Source: Octopus bimaculoides
Taxonomy: Eukaryota
Assembly (NCBI RefSeq): GCF_001194135.2
Contig: NC_068982.1
Location: 119,346,454 to 119,386,239 of the forward strand
Direction of reading: 5' to 3'
Length of the DNA: 39,786 nucleotides
The translations under genes were made by a program, and so were the position numbers. Shown here piece after piece: positions 1 through 11,320 of this stretch. The notes under the pieces are model-generated. The model worked only from the letters and a program-made list of their open reading frames with translations, had not been told where the DNA came from and did not search any database. Numbering within the stretch: position 1 is the stretch's first letter; each line of letters begins with the position of its first letter.

Positions 1-272
1 GGGAGGTATTTGTGAATGGGGGTATATGTGGGTTATGTGTGCAAGGGTGTGTATGCTTAGGTGTGTGGGTGTGTGTATGCTTGCGTGATTGTTAGCGTGT
101 GTGTGTATGCGCAAGTGTGCGTGTGTATGTGCGTTTGTATAAGTGTGTGGGCGAGTCTGAGTGTGTGAGTGCATGCATGTGTTGTGTGTGTGTGGTGTGT
201 TGGGGGTTGGTGTGCTTACATGTGTGTGTATGGGTGCGTGTATTTTTTGTGTGTGGGTATGTGTGCGTGAGG
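1..272. repeat. Degenerate (GT)n / GT-rich low-complexity tract
   Basis: Interrupted gtgtgt runs throughout; source of the spurious CV/TH ORFs. Confidence 0.9.
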
Positions 273-422
273 AAGGGGTGAGATAAAAAGGGGAAAAATG
301 TAGTGAGTGTAATAACAAGAGAATAATGGATATAATGTAAAGGGGACGAGGGGTGGGGGTACAAAAATAAAAATAAACAATAAAAAATAAAGAAAAGTGT
401 TGCATAGACGTAAAGGGGAGAG

Positions 423-1486
423 TCATAAGGAGGAGGGGGCTGCGTTGAGTCCGAAGGGGAAAGAAGAATTAAGGTTAAAAATGTAGCGTTGCTCCAAGTG
501 GAGTCGCGAGGGAGTGGACCCATGGTGCAGGGCGAGGCCAAAAACGGAGATGTTAGAGGGAGAGTGGTTGGCCAAGTGGAAGTGACGGGCGACGGGGGAG
601 TCCGAACATAGCCGAACGTCCCTTAGGTGTTCGGTGAAACGGTCGGCCAGCCGGCGGCCCGTCTGCCCCACGTAGAGTTGGTCGCATAGGGTGCATTTGA
701 TGCAGNNNNNNNNNNNNNNNNNNNNNNNNNNNNNNNNNNNNNNNNNNNNNNNNNNNNNNNNNNNNNNNNNNNNNNNNNNNNNNNNNNNNNNNNNNNNNNN
801 NNNNNNNNNNNNNNNNNNNNNNNNNNNNNNNNNNNNNNNNNNNNNNNNNNNNNNNNNNNNNNNNNNNNNNNNNNNNNNNNNNNNNNNNNNNNNNNNNNNN
901 NNNNNNNNNNNNNNNNNNNNNNNNNNNNNNNNNNNNNNNNNNNNNNNNNNNNNNNNNNNNNNNNNNNNNNNNNNNNNNNNNNNNNNNNNNNNNNNNNNNN
1001 NNNNNNNNNNNNNNNNNNNNNNNNNNNNNNNNNNNNNNNNNNNNNNNNNNNNNNNNNNNNNNNNNNNNNNNNNNNNNNNNNNNNNNNNNNNNNNNNNNNN
1101 NNNNNNNNNNNNNNNNNNNNNNNNNNNNNNNNNNNNNNNNNNNNNNNNNNNNNNNNNNNNNNNNNNNNNNNNNNNNNNNNNNNNNNNNNNNNNNNNNNNN
1201 NNNNNNNNNNNNNNNNNNNNNNNNNNNNNGTGGGAGGGGTATCCTCGATGCATGAACAGACGAGCAAGATACTGGGACTGGGTCTCGAAATCCTGGTCCA
1301 GGCTGCACAAACGTCGGAGGCGGAGGAACTGGGAGTAGGGGATGGCCCGTTTGGTGTGGAATGGATGGGAGGAGGAGAAGTTGAAGTAGAGGTGGGAGTC
1401 AGTGGGTTTGAAGAAGGCGGAGGTAGTTAGAGAGTTGGAGCGGGGTTGATGGAAAGAGAGATGTCGAGGAAGTTAACAGAGGTGTC
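423..1486 (-). mobile_element. 5'-truncated Penelope-like element (Neptune-like): RT thumb plus GIY-YIG endonuclease, interrupted by an assembly gap
   Basis: Minus-strand translation: SDTSVNFLDISLS / frameshift / TTSAFFKPTDSHLYFNFSSSHPFHTKRAIPYSQFLRLRRLCS...RGYP (PLE RT C-terminus); after the gap CIKCTLCDQLYVGQTGRRLADRFTEH...EQRYIFNLNSSFPFGLN (GIY-YIG). Confidence 0.9.
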
Positions 1487-1588
1487 AGAGATATATAAAG
1501 AAAGAGAGAGAGGGAGAGAGACTAACGTATATCAACACAGCCTCTAGCCACCTACCCATCGTGGCCAAAAAGCTGGTGAAGATTCTTG

Positions 1589-1676
1589 TCCTATATAGCT
1601 CATAGAAATGTAACAAGTTAAATAGCACCATGATACCGTTACATAATAATATTCGTACTTTTAGGAAATGACTATA
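1589..1676 (+). repeat. 88-bp dispersed repeat, copy 1, followed by TA-rich tail
   Basis: 80/88 identical by hand alignment to 2527-2614. Confidence 0.9.
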
Positions 1677-1919
1677 CATATATATAATGTTCGAATGGTA
1701 TCATTTGCAACACAAAGTTTCATAAGGCATACGCCATATTACATTCGCTGATCACAACAGTTACAAGTAACATCTGTGGAGTAATCAGTTACTTTCACCA
1801 TACATACGTCAATGTGTGGGCATTTAACTTCAGAGAACAATTGGAATAGTTATAGTCGAAGTAGATCAAACAATCGTGTTATTATCTACACACTCGACAT
1901 ATCTTTGTGCACATGCATG

Positions 1920-1956
1920 AATATACACACACACACACACACATACACACACACAT

Positions 1957-2005
<49 letters not shown>

Positions 2006-2021
2006 TATGTATAGTGTATAT

Positions 2022-2055
<34 letters not shown>

Positions 2056-2190
2056 CCATCTATCTCTCTCTAAATATACATACATATATATATATGCACA
2101 TAAAAACAAGGATACACACACATACACATATGAAGATACGCACATTATGTTGTGTGTATATGTGTGTGCATGTGGGGGTGAGCGTGTGGG
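1920..2190. repeat. Compound microsatellite (CA)n/(TA)n/(CT)n/(TATC)n/(GT)n
   Basis: Directly visible. Confidence 0.95.
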
Positions 2191-2526
2191 GGTTGCGCGT
2201 GTATGGCTGTGTAACTGCGTGCGAGCATAAACATATGGAAGTGCATGAAGTCCACCGAGAAATGACAGATTCCAGATATTAACTATCTAATGCTTCGAGG
2301 AAAACGCACGAGCGCAGATTGGAAAAACACGCAGTGGAACAGGTTTCCGATATTTGACACTTTAAGGATATAAACGAGATTTCAATAACAAATATTCTGA
2401 CATCGTTAGAATCCAGTGTAATATATAGCAGTTTCCAATCAAAAACTTATTCTGACCTTTCCTTCGGGCTTTTCAAGACGATATAAATATATTCGTGTGA
2501 TGTGCTGGATGATATATTAGATTAAT

Positions 2527-2629
2527 TCCTGTATAGCTGATAGAAATGTAGCAAGTTAAATAACACCATGATACCGTAACACAATAATATTCGTACTTTT
2601 AGTAAACGACTATATATATATATATATAT
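2527..2629 (+). repeat. 88-bp dispersed repeat, copy 2, plus (TA)n running into a gap
   Basis: Direct repeat of 1589-1676. Confidence 0.9.
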
Positions 2630-4489
2630 NNNNNNNNNNNNNNNNNNNNNNNNNNNNNNNNNNNNNNNNNNNNNNNNNNNNNNNNNNNNNNNNNNNNNNN
2701 NNNNNNNNNNNNNNNNNNNNNNNNNNNNNNNNNNNNNNNNNNNNNNNNNNNNNNNNNNNNNNNNNNNNNNNNNNNNNNNNNNNNNNNNNNNNNNNNNNNN
2801 NNNNATATATATATATATATAATATTTTGTAGATAGAAATAACTTTAAACCCAACACTGAATTTTGGCTATGTCTTCATCTTCTTGTCTCTATGTTAAGT
2901 GCATATACACACAAGTATGAGTACTTCCATGTATTTATATAAACTTCTGCTATTATATGCATCGTTGTATGCATAAACTTCGTTGGCTTTGAAAATAATG
3001 GTGTAATTCTCCAGAGTAACCTGTTGATAAATTAGTTTAGATTTTATCATTCACGTTACATTTGGTCAATTTTATGCTGCATGTATTGGATGTAATTCTT
3101 AGCTATGTTTGTAGAGTTATATCATCATTATCAGAACTCAGACACGTATTGATAATCTAATCGTTGTTACAATATAATTTCATATTTCATATTTTTTCTG
3201 GCGATTTACTCGTTAGGATTTAACGGCGCTTACATTCTTTTTAAATTCTTTCGACAAAAATTACCTGCGTTCCAAATAGCATTTTCAGATATTTCTTTGT
3301 AAAATCCCTCTAAAACTGCACTTGTACAATGTTTGAAATTCAAAATAGTTTGTAGTTATCTTTTGTCCGACTGATAAAAAAAAGCGTGTCACTATATATA
3401 TACACTTTTTTTAAACGTTTGTCCCTGATGACAGACCGAACTTTACGTTATATATAGACGTCTATCAAAAAATAGAGTTTAAATTGTGCAATACACGAAT
3501 ATGATGCAATCATTATTTTATTGATGTAGAGTTATAAATGCTCTACTCTGCACATAAGTATATTTCGATCACAATATATATGAAAGATAGTACTTGTGAT
3601 CAAGTGGCTAGTAACGTATAACTTCTGCAAATCATTTGCCTATATGTTATGCTAATATTTAAGTCGTAACTCCGAAAAACCACGTTTGAAAATTTTCTGA
3701 AAATTATCTTGCAAATTTCATGTACCTTGATCTAAAATTACGGCAAAGACTCATTCAATTGTTTAGATGAGAAGATCAACTTGCATTATGTTCTATTTAT
3801 GTAAAGAATGCTAAGTGTTAAATTTTATTTTTAATTCACATGAAGAAAATGGGTTCTTTACATGATTTAATATTTTCGTTCATCAATAATAATATGTCTG
3901 AAACAGCTGTAGAGAACCTCAACCCATCTGTGTTATTGTTTATATACATATATATGCACCCGTGTGTGTGTGTGTATGTGTGCACACGCATCTAAATGTG
4001 TGTGTGTATTTCTGTATATATACGCATATATATAATGTTTTCGTGTAATATTTCATATTACATATATATTTTCTACCTGAAGTGTGCGAATTGCCACAGA
4101 AACATTCTGTTTTCACGATCCCATTCAATAAAAATACAAACTGAAGGCTATCCAATGCTAAATCATTATTTTGGTGCCAAAATGTAGTTTTGAAATTTGT
4201 AAATTCGTGCAATGTGTTATAGTTTCTTTAGACTTGATACAAATATTATTGGTTCTCGCTAATTTCAATTTCTATATAAACCGCATTAATCAAACACTAA
4301 GATAAAAGGAATTTCTTCCTCTTATTCTTTTTCCAGATCTATTATTGGCAGTACTACATTCTCAAATACATCGTCTAATTTTTTTCTTTCTTTATACATG
4401 GTGTCGAATTTGAGAGCAGCTCTCTCAAATTCCTGGTACGTTTACTGCTGAATTTACAAAATGTTTATGGTATCGGTGAGAATGTTTTA

Positions 4490-4945
4490 TATTTGCTCCC
4501 GCATTTATTTTCTCATTCCAAATCAAGAGGAGATTAACTTTTCATTTCATATCACCGATATCGATAAAATAAAGGACTAGTCAAGTACGGGAGTCAACGT
4601 TTCTGATCTTATCACCAGATTAGAAACATTATTGAAAGCGGCAAACTTGATGACACTAGTTGGGAATATCAACTAAACCCGTTTCTCAAAATTGTTGGCC
4701 TTCTCCCTATAGTAGAAAGAATAATTATTAATATTCTTCTTAAGTCAGCAAACTGGCAGAATCGTTACCGCACCGCAAAAAAATGCTTAGTGCCAACTCT
4801 TCCAGCCTTACTGTCTGAGTAGAAATTCCACTGGGTTAGTCTTTACATTTCATCTTTTCGTATTCGATAACATAAGTGCCAGTTGAACCCTGGGTTCAAT
4901 ATCATCGTCTTATCTCCTCCCCAGAAGTTGCTAGCCCTGTACCAA
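4490..4945 (+). mobile_element. Cluster of decayed tRNA-derived SINE copies (same family as 14641-14850)
   Basis: 4745-4945 aligns by eye with 14641-14850 (ctggcagaatcgtt...atgcttag...tttcatc..ttcg...gataa..taagtgccagttg). Partial copies upstream: gataaaataaaggactagtcaagtacggg; aaaattgttggcctt. Confidence 0.65.
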
Positions 4946-4978
4946 TTATTATTTTCTATTATTATTATCATTATTATT

Positions 4979-5019
<41 letters not shown>

Positions 5020-5045
5020 TATTATTGTTATTATTATTATTGCTA
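4945..5045. repeat. (ATT)n/(CAT)n trinucleotide microsatellite
   Basis: Directly visible; explains the poly-H and poly-I ORFs. Confidence 0.95.
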
Positions 5046-7038
5046 CTACTTCAATATTCGTAAAATCATGTTACATAAATTATCGAGGCATATTTAAAAT
5101 GATACTGCAATTTCGGATATTTTTCCTTCCATATTTTCATGCATTTATACTTTACACCTTTAAAACCGTTTTCATTAATAGCGAAAAGAAAGCAAAATAA
5201 ACTCTTCTATAAAATTGCATTCAGCCAAAAGTAAAAAATAAAAGCCATATATAAAAGCATTTAGCATTTTCAATTTCAGCATATGTGACATGTCAAGCAT
5301 TATATTTTTCAGTGAAACCGATGCAAATTCGGTTATTTCGTTTCTGCAATGACATTAACATAATGGGTAAGGCATTGTGAAGAACATTATGACAGAATAT
5401 CCCAATATTTAACAATAACCAGTCATGCATTAGGTCCTCGTCACTAATTATCAACAGCATTCAAAGTGACTTTACAGCTAAAGGGCGAATTTCAAAATGA
5501 TTGAAAAATCGTTTAGAAAAAAAAAATTATTTATGCCAATAGCAATGGAGAGAGAAAATGTTAAAACAAAATGGAAAAGCGTATACTAAACACCATAATA
5601 ACACTGAAATAAAAAAAAATATTAAAACGTTAAGAAACAGTTTCTTTCCTCACATTTGAATGCTTTCCGGTATCATTTATATGCTTTCTAAATATGACAA
5701 AGATATATAAATTCTGTATATGTTTTTACAAGTATATCTTTTTCATAATGTTTCAACCGATATATCACATATATGCTTACAATGAAAGAACTAATAAAAC
5801 CAAATTTGCTTTGTCATTAATGTTAATTTTTTCTTTCACTGAGATATAAAACCGGGTGATTCGTGCTGTCAAAAGTAGATACAGTTGCCCAGAAAAAAAA
5901 TAGTTATATTCAACTTAGATAATAATTATTTGAGATTACATTCTATCATTTATCATGAAGCTGATCTACCAATGTCGAAGTTATTTTTCTTACTAAGATA
6001 TTTATCACGTTTATCACACTGATGAATTAGAATTTTCATGGAAAAATCAATATTTCACTCATTAAGTAGTCATTAATTTCTTATTGTCATTTATTATGAA
6101 TCGATATTTCATTAATGATCAATACATTTTAATGTGTTGTAAAAGTGATTAAATTAGAATTTTATGGAGTACAAGTTTTTATCATAAAACATCAAGGCGT
6201 ATGAAATACGTATTTTTCATCTTTCCTTATCCCTGTGGACTATATCATGCCAGTGTAGTGCAAAGATCCAAAATAGAATATCTTAAGGATCTAAATAATT
6301 TCAGGCGTATTGTAAATTCCATATATGCAGAGTTGTTGGTCGATATGTATTTCTAGGAATCTGAAATATACGAACAATCGTTGCTGGTAACTAAGATAAG
6401 AAGCGAATATTTTGCTGTTCGTTTCTCCCTAGAGATCAAATTCACTGGATTTCTCCCAAGAATGTTTCGAATATTTTTCATTCCTGATTTAAGAATGACT
6501 GAAGTTTATTTCGGGGCCAAAGAGAAAATCACTTTGCTGTTATATGCTAATTCGTTACATTTGGCAACTGATATCCCTGTAAATCTTAGCTTTCCACAAC
6601 CAGTGTGACCAAGATTTGATTGCTGAAGCTTGTAGATTCAATTTCTTTAAGCTACAGTTTGACTCAAAACTTCCACCTATTTCGTGGGTTTCTTTTGCGC
6701 TATCCACTCTGGTTTAAGCTTTTGAAATGGGTCGTTCGTCTTGTATAACTCAATAGTTTCCTGCTACAATAAGATTGGAGCTGCTATTCGCTACTTGCTT
6801 CTTTTTACATCCTTCTGTAATGCATCTATAAAATGGGATTAAGATATCATACTCTGCATCGTGCGTTTTGCATATGCTGGTAAGTACATGTTTCTGAAAT
6901 TTCTACAGATAAGTGTTGTCCTATGAAATGTAACGTGAAGTTGTATCACTTTTCGACATTTAATATGAAATTCCTTGTCCATTTTAAAAAAAAGTATAAT
7001 TCCATTTGTTTCATACAATCTATTTCAATTTTCACCAG

Positions 7039-7105
7039 GTTGGCGAAACGAGAAATCTTGCATTCGAGCCAATAACGCACACAATTAAAAAGGTCACAGT
7101 AAAAG
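7039..7105 (+). CDS. Candidate internal coding exon A (67 nt, phase 0->1): VGETRNLAFEPITHTIKKVTVK
   Basis: Acceptor ttcaattttcaccAG, donor AAAG/GTAAGA; only one frame open; in phase with exon B. Confidence 0.45.
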
Positions 7106-7238
7106 GTAAGAAATGTATACAAATATACTTTTAATCTGTCTTAATACATCTACTTGATTGTTGGTTGTAAAAGGTAAGCAATATATACAAATATACTTTA
7201 TATCTGTTTTAATACACCTACTTCATTGTTGATTGTAA
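7099..7238 (+). repeat. Tandem duplication, 68-bp period, two copies
   Basis: gtaaaaggtaagaaatgtatacaaatatac...ttgttggtt repeated at 7167 as gtaaaaggtaagcaatatatacaaatatac...ttgttgatt. Confidence 0.95.
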
Positions 7239-7556
7239 CATATATAATCTACATGTATACGGTTATTTGTCATTCATCCGGTTAAATCTCTCTGGTCTTC
7301 GATATCTGTTTTCTCTTTTTGATTTCACATTAAATTAACACATGCATTTCCTCCGACAAAGTGAATAGAAACGATTTGTCTTAGAAGGCGATAGAGCAGC
7401 AAATAATCGAGTTATCCACAACCTTGAACTTTAAAATACAGTGGACTCTGCAGAATATACAAAAATTGAATGTTCTATTATTAATCAGGTGAGAGATAGT
7501 CCACTATCCGAGAACGGTTTTAGTCTGATGTGGTGTTACACGGTTTTTTCTTGCAG

Positions 7557-7591
7557 CATTCGATTGTTCAGGACATGTAAAATGGTGGAAT
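7557..7591 (+). CDS. Candidate exon B (35 nt, phase 1->0): AFDCSGHVKWWN
   Basis: Acceptor ttttttcttgcAG with an upstream ctgat branch-like motif; donor AAT/GTAAGT; joins A and C in frame. Confidence 0.45.
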
Positions 7592-7977
7592 GTAAGTAAA
7601 CAACATACCAAGCAATTAAATCGAACCAATGGATAAATGTTGCCAAGCAGACTTACTAAATACTTGGACATCCTAAAGAAGACACCTGTTGTGACGTTCA
7701 TTAATATGGCATAGATTATAAGATGTAAGTTTTAGAGACAAAACGACTACATTGATTCAAATGACGGTGATGCACAATCTTCTCGTAAATATGGACTCGT
7801 ATTGCAACTTGTGATCACGCATAATTAATTATATTTTAGAGAGTTCTGCTGATATATAAGACCATGAATTACTGACAATCTCATTAATTCTAATGACGAG
7901 CTGAAATTAAAATTGTTAATGCTCTACAAACTTTACTTTTCCGTCTGTACTTCGGTTCTATTCCAGCTTTACACATA

Positions 7978-8003
7978 TATGTGTGTGTGTGTGTGTGTGT
8001 GTT

Positions 8004-8034
<31 letters not shown>

Positions 8035-8169
8035 GTTTGTGTGTGTTCGTGTATAACTCATATTCATATATATTTGCTTACATATGCGTTTATATATACT
8101 TATATGTACGGCACACACACATACACACACACACACATACACACACACACACACATACACACACACATG

Positions 8170-8203
<34 letters not shown>

Positions 8204-8210
8204 CATACAG
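7978..8210. repeat. (GT)n followed by (AC)n microsatellites
   Basis: Directly visible; opposite-sense dinucleotide tracts about 60 bp apart. Confidence 0.95.
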
Positions 8211-9261
8211 TCATTCGCATGCATATACTCTAGCTCTCTGTCCTTTATCTTTTGGAAATGACGAAAATACCATATTTGAAACGTTTTTGATTAACAATAT
8301 GAGCTTTGACGATTCACATTTGAGTAAGCAAGATCAAAAGGTGGAGGAATGTTATAAGGTAAACTTTATGTGGTCGTTTCAACCACTAGAAATAACAGTT
8401 TAACCTAACTTCGCTCACATTCTTTACAGCATAATAATGGAAGAAACCACTAGACAATATACACTCTGAAATAAAATAAATTTTGTTCGATAATATCTGG
8501 AAAACTTTCTTCTCGTACGCTAGTTCTACTGGAACACAGTTTACTTGGGTCAAAAATCTACCATTAAGTGAGAATTTGCTTTAGATGGGCCTACTAAATG
8601 TAAGTGCTATATCTTACACAAGTCAATCCGTACCACAATGCAAGCAGAAGAATATATAGGAAAAGTTATTTCGTAGCGTATCTTCATGATACAATGTATT
8701 TTATCACTCTTTTATTCAAGTTATAAATGCGAATTTCCTTCGATCAAACAATTTAAAGGAGTTAGATAACTTCATAGTAATACGAATGTCAGTGCCACAT
8801 ATACTACTTCTCAAATAGTGTAGATTTAATATTGTAAATGCTACAGGAATTAAATCACAATTTTGGAGTTTGTTATATATCTACACGAATGCGTTACATA
8901 AGTAGAACATAATTGTCACGTAATTTGTCCCTATTTTATCTACCTATTACACACACACGCACATACACGCACACACACATACTACAGACGCGTGCAGAGA
9001 AGGGAGCCATACATTGGTGTACACATATGCATATAAGGATATATGTATTATATTTCTTTGGTTTATAATACATTAACATAGATATATAAGCGGGAAATTT
9101 GACTGATCACCGCCATATGTGAATGTTTTCAGCCTCAGAGGAAGAGAGAAATAGGGTTTGATAAGAAACTGAAGAGGGAGTAAAAACCTCCCTCGAGTGG
9201 AGAGATTCACTGAGGGAGGAATATTATCTTTACTTTTTTCATATTATAAATATATTTATTT

Positions 9262-9634
9262 CAGCCCGCCAAAAAGTACCTTGGATCGTAAGGCGACATA
9301 TCGTGCTTCAGGAGACCTTTTGAGTCAAGTGCATCAATATCAAAATAAAATGGAATTTGTAGCTGTGATTTCCATGCCTTGGCAGTTAAAAAGCAACATC
9401 CGAACATTGTCGATGCCAGCGCCGCCTCGACTGGTGTCCATGCTGGTGACACGTAAAAAGCACCCACTACACTCTCGTAGTGGTTAGCGTTAGGAAGGGC
9501 ATCCAGTTGTATAAACACTGCCAGAGTGGAGACTGATGAAGCCTCCTGGCTTCCCAGCCCCCAGTCGAGCCGTCCAACCCATGCCAGCAATGAAAACGGA
9601 CGTAAAATGATGATTATGATGATGATGATGATGA

Positions 9635-9637
<3 letters not shown>
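9262..9637 (+). mobile_element. Non-autonomous retroelement/SINE with RTE-like 3' tail ending in (GAT)n
   Basis: gtaaaaagcacccactacactctcg...ttaggaagggcatccag...ccaacccatgccagc..aaaacggacgtaaaatgatgat(gat)n; resembles from memory an abundant octopus repeat. Confidence 0.7.
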
Positions 9638-9669
<32 letters not shown>

Positions 9670-9730
9670 AATATATAAAAATAAAACGATAAAGAGAGCA
9701 AAGGTAAGGTTGAAGAATTTTATGGATAGA

Positions 9731-9779
9731 GTCTTACAGCTGTTTCTGGGAAGATCCAGTACTTCCCTTCATCGGAGAC
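9731..9779 (-). ncRNA. Minimal type I hammerhead ribozyme-like motif (PLE type), partly degenerate
   Basis: Minus strand: GUCU-CCGAUGA-A-GGGAAG(uacuggau)CUUCCC-A-GAAAC-AGCU-GUA-AGAC. Stem I GUCU/AGAC, 6-bp stem II, palindromic stem III. Confidence 0.7.
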
Positions 9780-9867
9780 AGAAAAAATAAAGTAATCTAT
9801 TATTATATCCATAGGCGGATATTTTTAGTATGAAGTGGTAACGAGTGTGATGTGCTGAAAAAAGAGA

Positions 9868-9927
9868 GAGAACAATACTTGAAGTGTAGTTTCATTCCAA
9901 TGAAACTACACTTCAAGTACTGTTCTC
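9868..9927. repeat. Near-perfect 29-bp inverted repeat with 2-nt loop, abutting a gap
   Basis: gagaacaatacttgaagtgtagtttcatt-cc-aatgaaactacacttcaagtactgttctc (28/29 paired). Confidence 0.95.
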
Positions 9928-10819
9928 NNNNNNNNNNNNNNNNNNNNNNNNNNNNNNNNNNNNNNNNNNNNNNNNNNNNNNNNNNNNNNNNNNNNNNNNN
10001 NNNNNNNNNNNNNNNNNNNNNNNNNNNNNNNNNNNNNNNNNNNNNNNNNNNNNNNNNNNNNNNNNNNNNNNNNNNNNNNNNNNNNNNNNNNNNNNNNNNN
10101 NNNNNNNNNNNNNNNNNNNNNNNNNNNNNNNNNNNNNNNNNNNNNNNNNNNNNNNNNNNNNNNNNNNNNNNNNNNNNNNNNNNNNNNNNNNNNNNNNNNN
10201 NNNNNNNNNNNNNNNNNNNNNNNNNNNNNNNNNNNNNNNNNNNNNNNNNNNNNNNNNNNNNNNNNNNNNNNNNNNNNNNNNNNNNNNNNNNNNNNNNNNN
10301 NNNNNNNNNNNNNNNNNATATATATATATATATACTGATACGTGCCTTCAAATTCTCGACCACGCTTGAGAGGAATGGCCAGCCATCAAACGATATCGCA
10401 CACTTTTTGGTCGCCTTCATTCCAAAGCCATTAAGACATACCTCTTAATTCTTTGCATACTATTTTTTGGCTTTATTATCAAACTATGCCTTGCTTGTTG
10501 AACGCTGATTACACACCACAGTTATGCTACATCATTTTTGTATTTGAGAACCGACTCCCGCCAACATACCAATACTACCAACATCATCTAGCTACACATT
10601 ATGAGCGAAATGTATAGTTTATAATTTAGAAACCAATTACGTAACCTGATGGGGTTTCTTCTGCATTATGTGATGCATTCGATTTCATTATATCGTCCCC
10701 ACTCACTAGGGAGCAATGCAGAATACGCCGAAACGATCGTTGTGATAAATAAGTTTTCCAGTACACTCCTCTGTCTTCCGTATCAATCATTTGGTCTAAG
10801 TGTGTATGTATGTATGTAT

Positions 10820-11097
10820 GTATTTTTATATAAGCTTAAAGCTTATGGTGATTACCGTGCAATGACCAAGAAAAATAGTCTAATAAAGGGGCATATAAGC
10901 CCTCGACAGAAAAAAGGTTTTCCTATCCGCGTGATAAAACACTTTTAGTCGTGTTAAAAATGGGATGTGGTTTCGTGTCCCACGCGGATAGGAATACCTT
11001 CTTCTTTATGTCTATGGCTTATATGCCCCCATATTAGACTATTTTTCTTAGTTATTGCACAGTGATCGCCATGAGATTTATGCTTATATAAAGATAC
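10820..11097. mobile_element. MITE-like fold-back element (about 115-bp inverted arms, 47-bp spacer)
   Basis: 10820-10933 matches the reverse complement of 10981-11097 (e.g. aagaaaaatagtctaata, ggggcatataagcc, ttcctatccgcgtg). Confidence 0.8.
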
Positions 11098-11139
11098 CAA
11101 TATTATTATTTACAAGATTATAAAACACCCGAAAATATA

Positions 11140-11149
11140 TATGTATGTA

Positions 11150-11235
<86 letters not shown>

Positions 11236-11320
11236 TGTGTGTGGTGTGAGTATGTGTGCATGTGTGGTGTGTGTATGTGTATTTGTGTATGTGTGTTACG
11301 AGTGTGCACGAGTGTGAGTC
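11140..11320. repeat. (GT)n microsatellite
   Basis: Directly visible. Confidence 0.97.

Noticed and set aside
1-360. Telomere-like or G-quadruplex sequence next to a PLE
   Set aside because: No TTAGGG array and no four closely spaced G3 runs; simply degenerate GT repeat.
2541-2563. agaaatgtagcaagttaaataa resembles the SpCas9 sgRNA/tracrRNA scaffold (agaaatagcaagttaaaataag)
   Set aside because: Short gapped match inside a dispersed eukaryotic repeat; the rest of the scaffold, any CRISPR array and any cas gene are absent. Coincidence.
4876-5200. Poly-His and poly-Ile ORFs
   Set aside because: Translations of an ATT/CAT microsatellite.
6844-6879. Possible upstream exon ending at CTG/GTAAGT
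   Set aside because: No credible acceptor before the in-frame stop at 6829.
6200-6880. Minus-strand protein-like fragments including GHTGCGK (Walker A-like)
   Set aside because: No S/T after GK, multiple stops and no recognisable family; at most an unidentifiable ancient repeat.
9160-9200. CTGAAGA-GGGAG(taaaaac)CTCCC hammerhead-like start
   Set aside because: No GAAA after stem II and no stem I or III pairing found.
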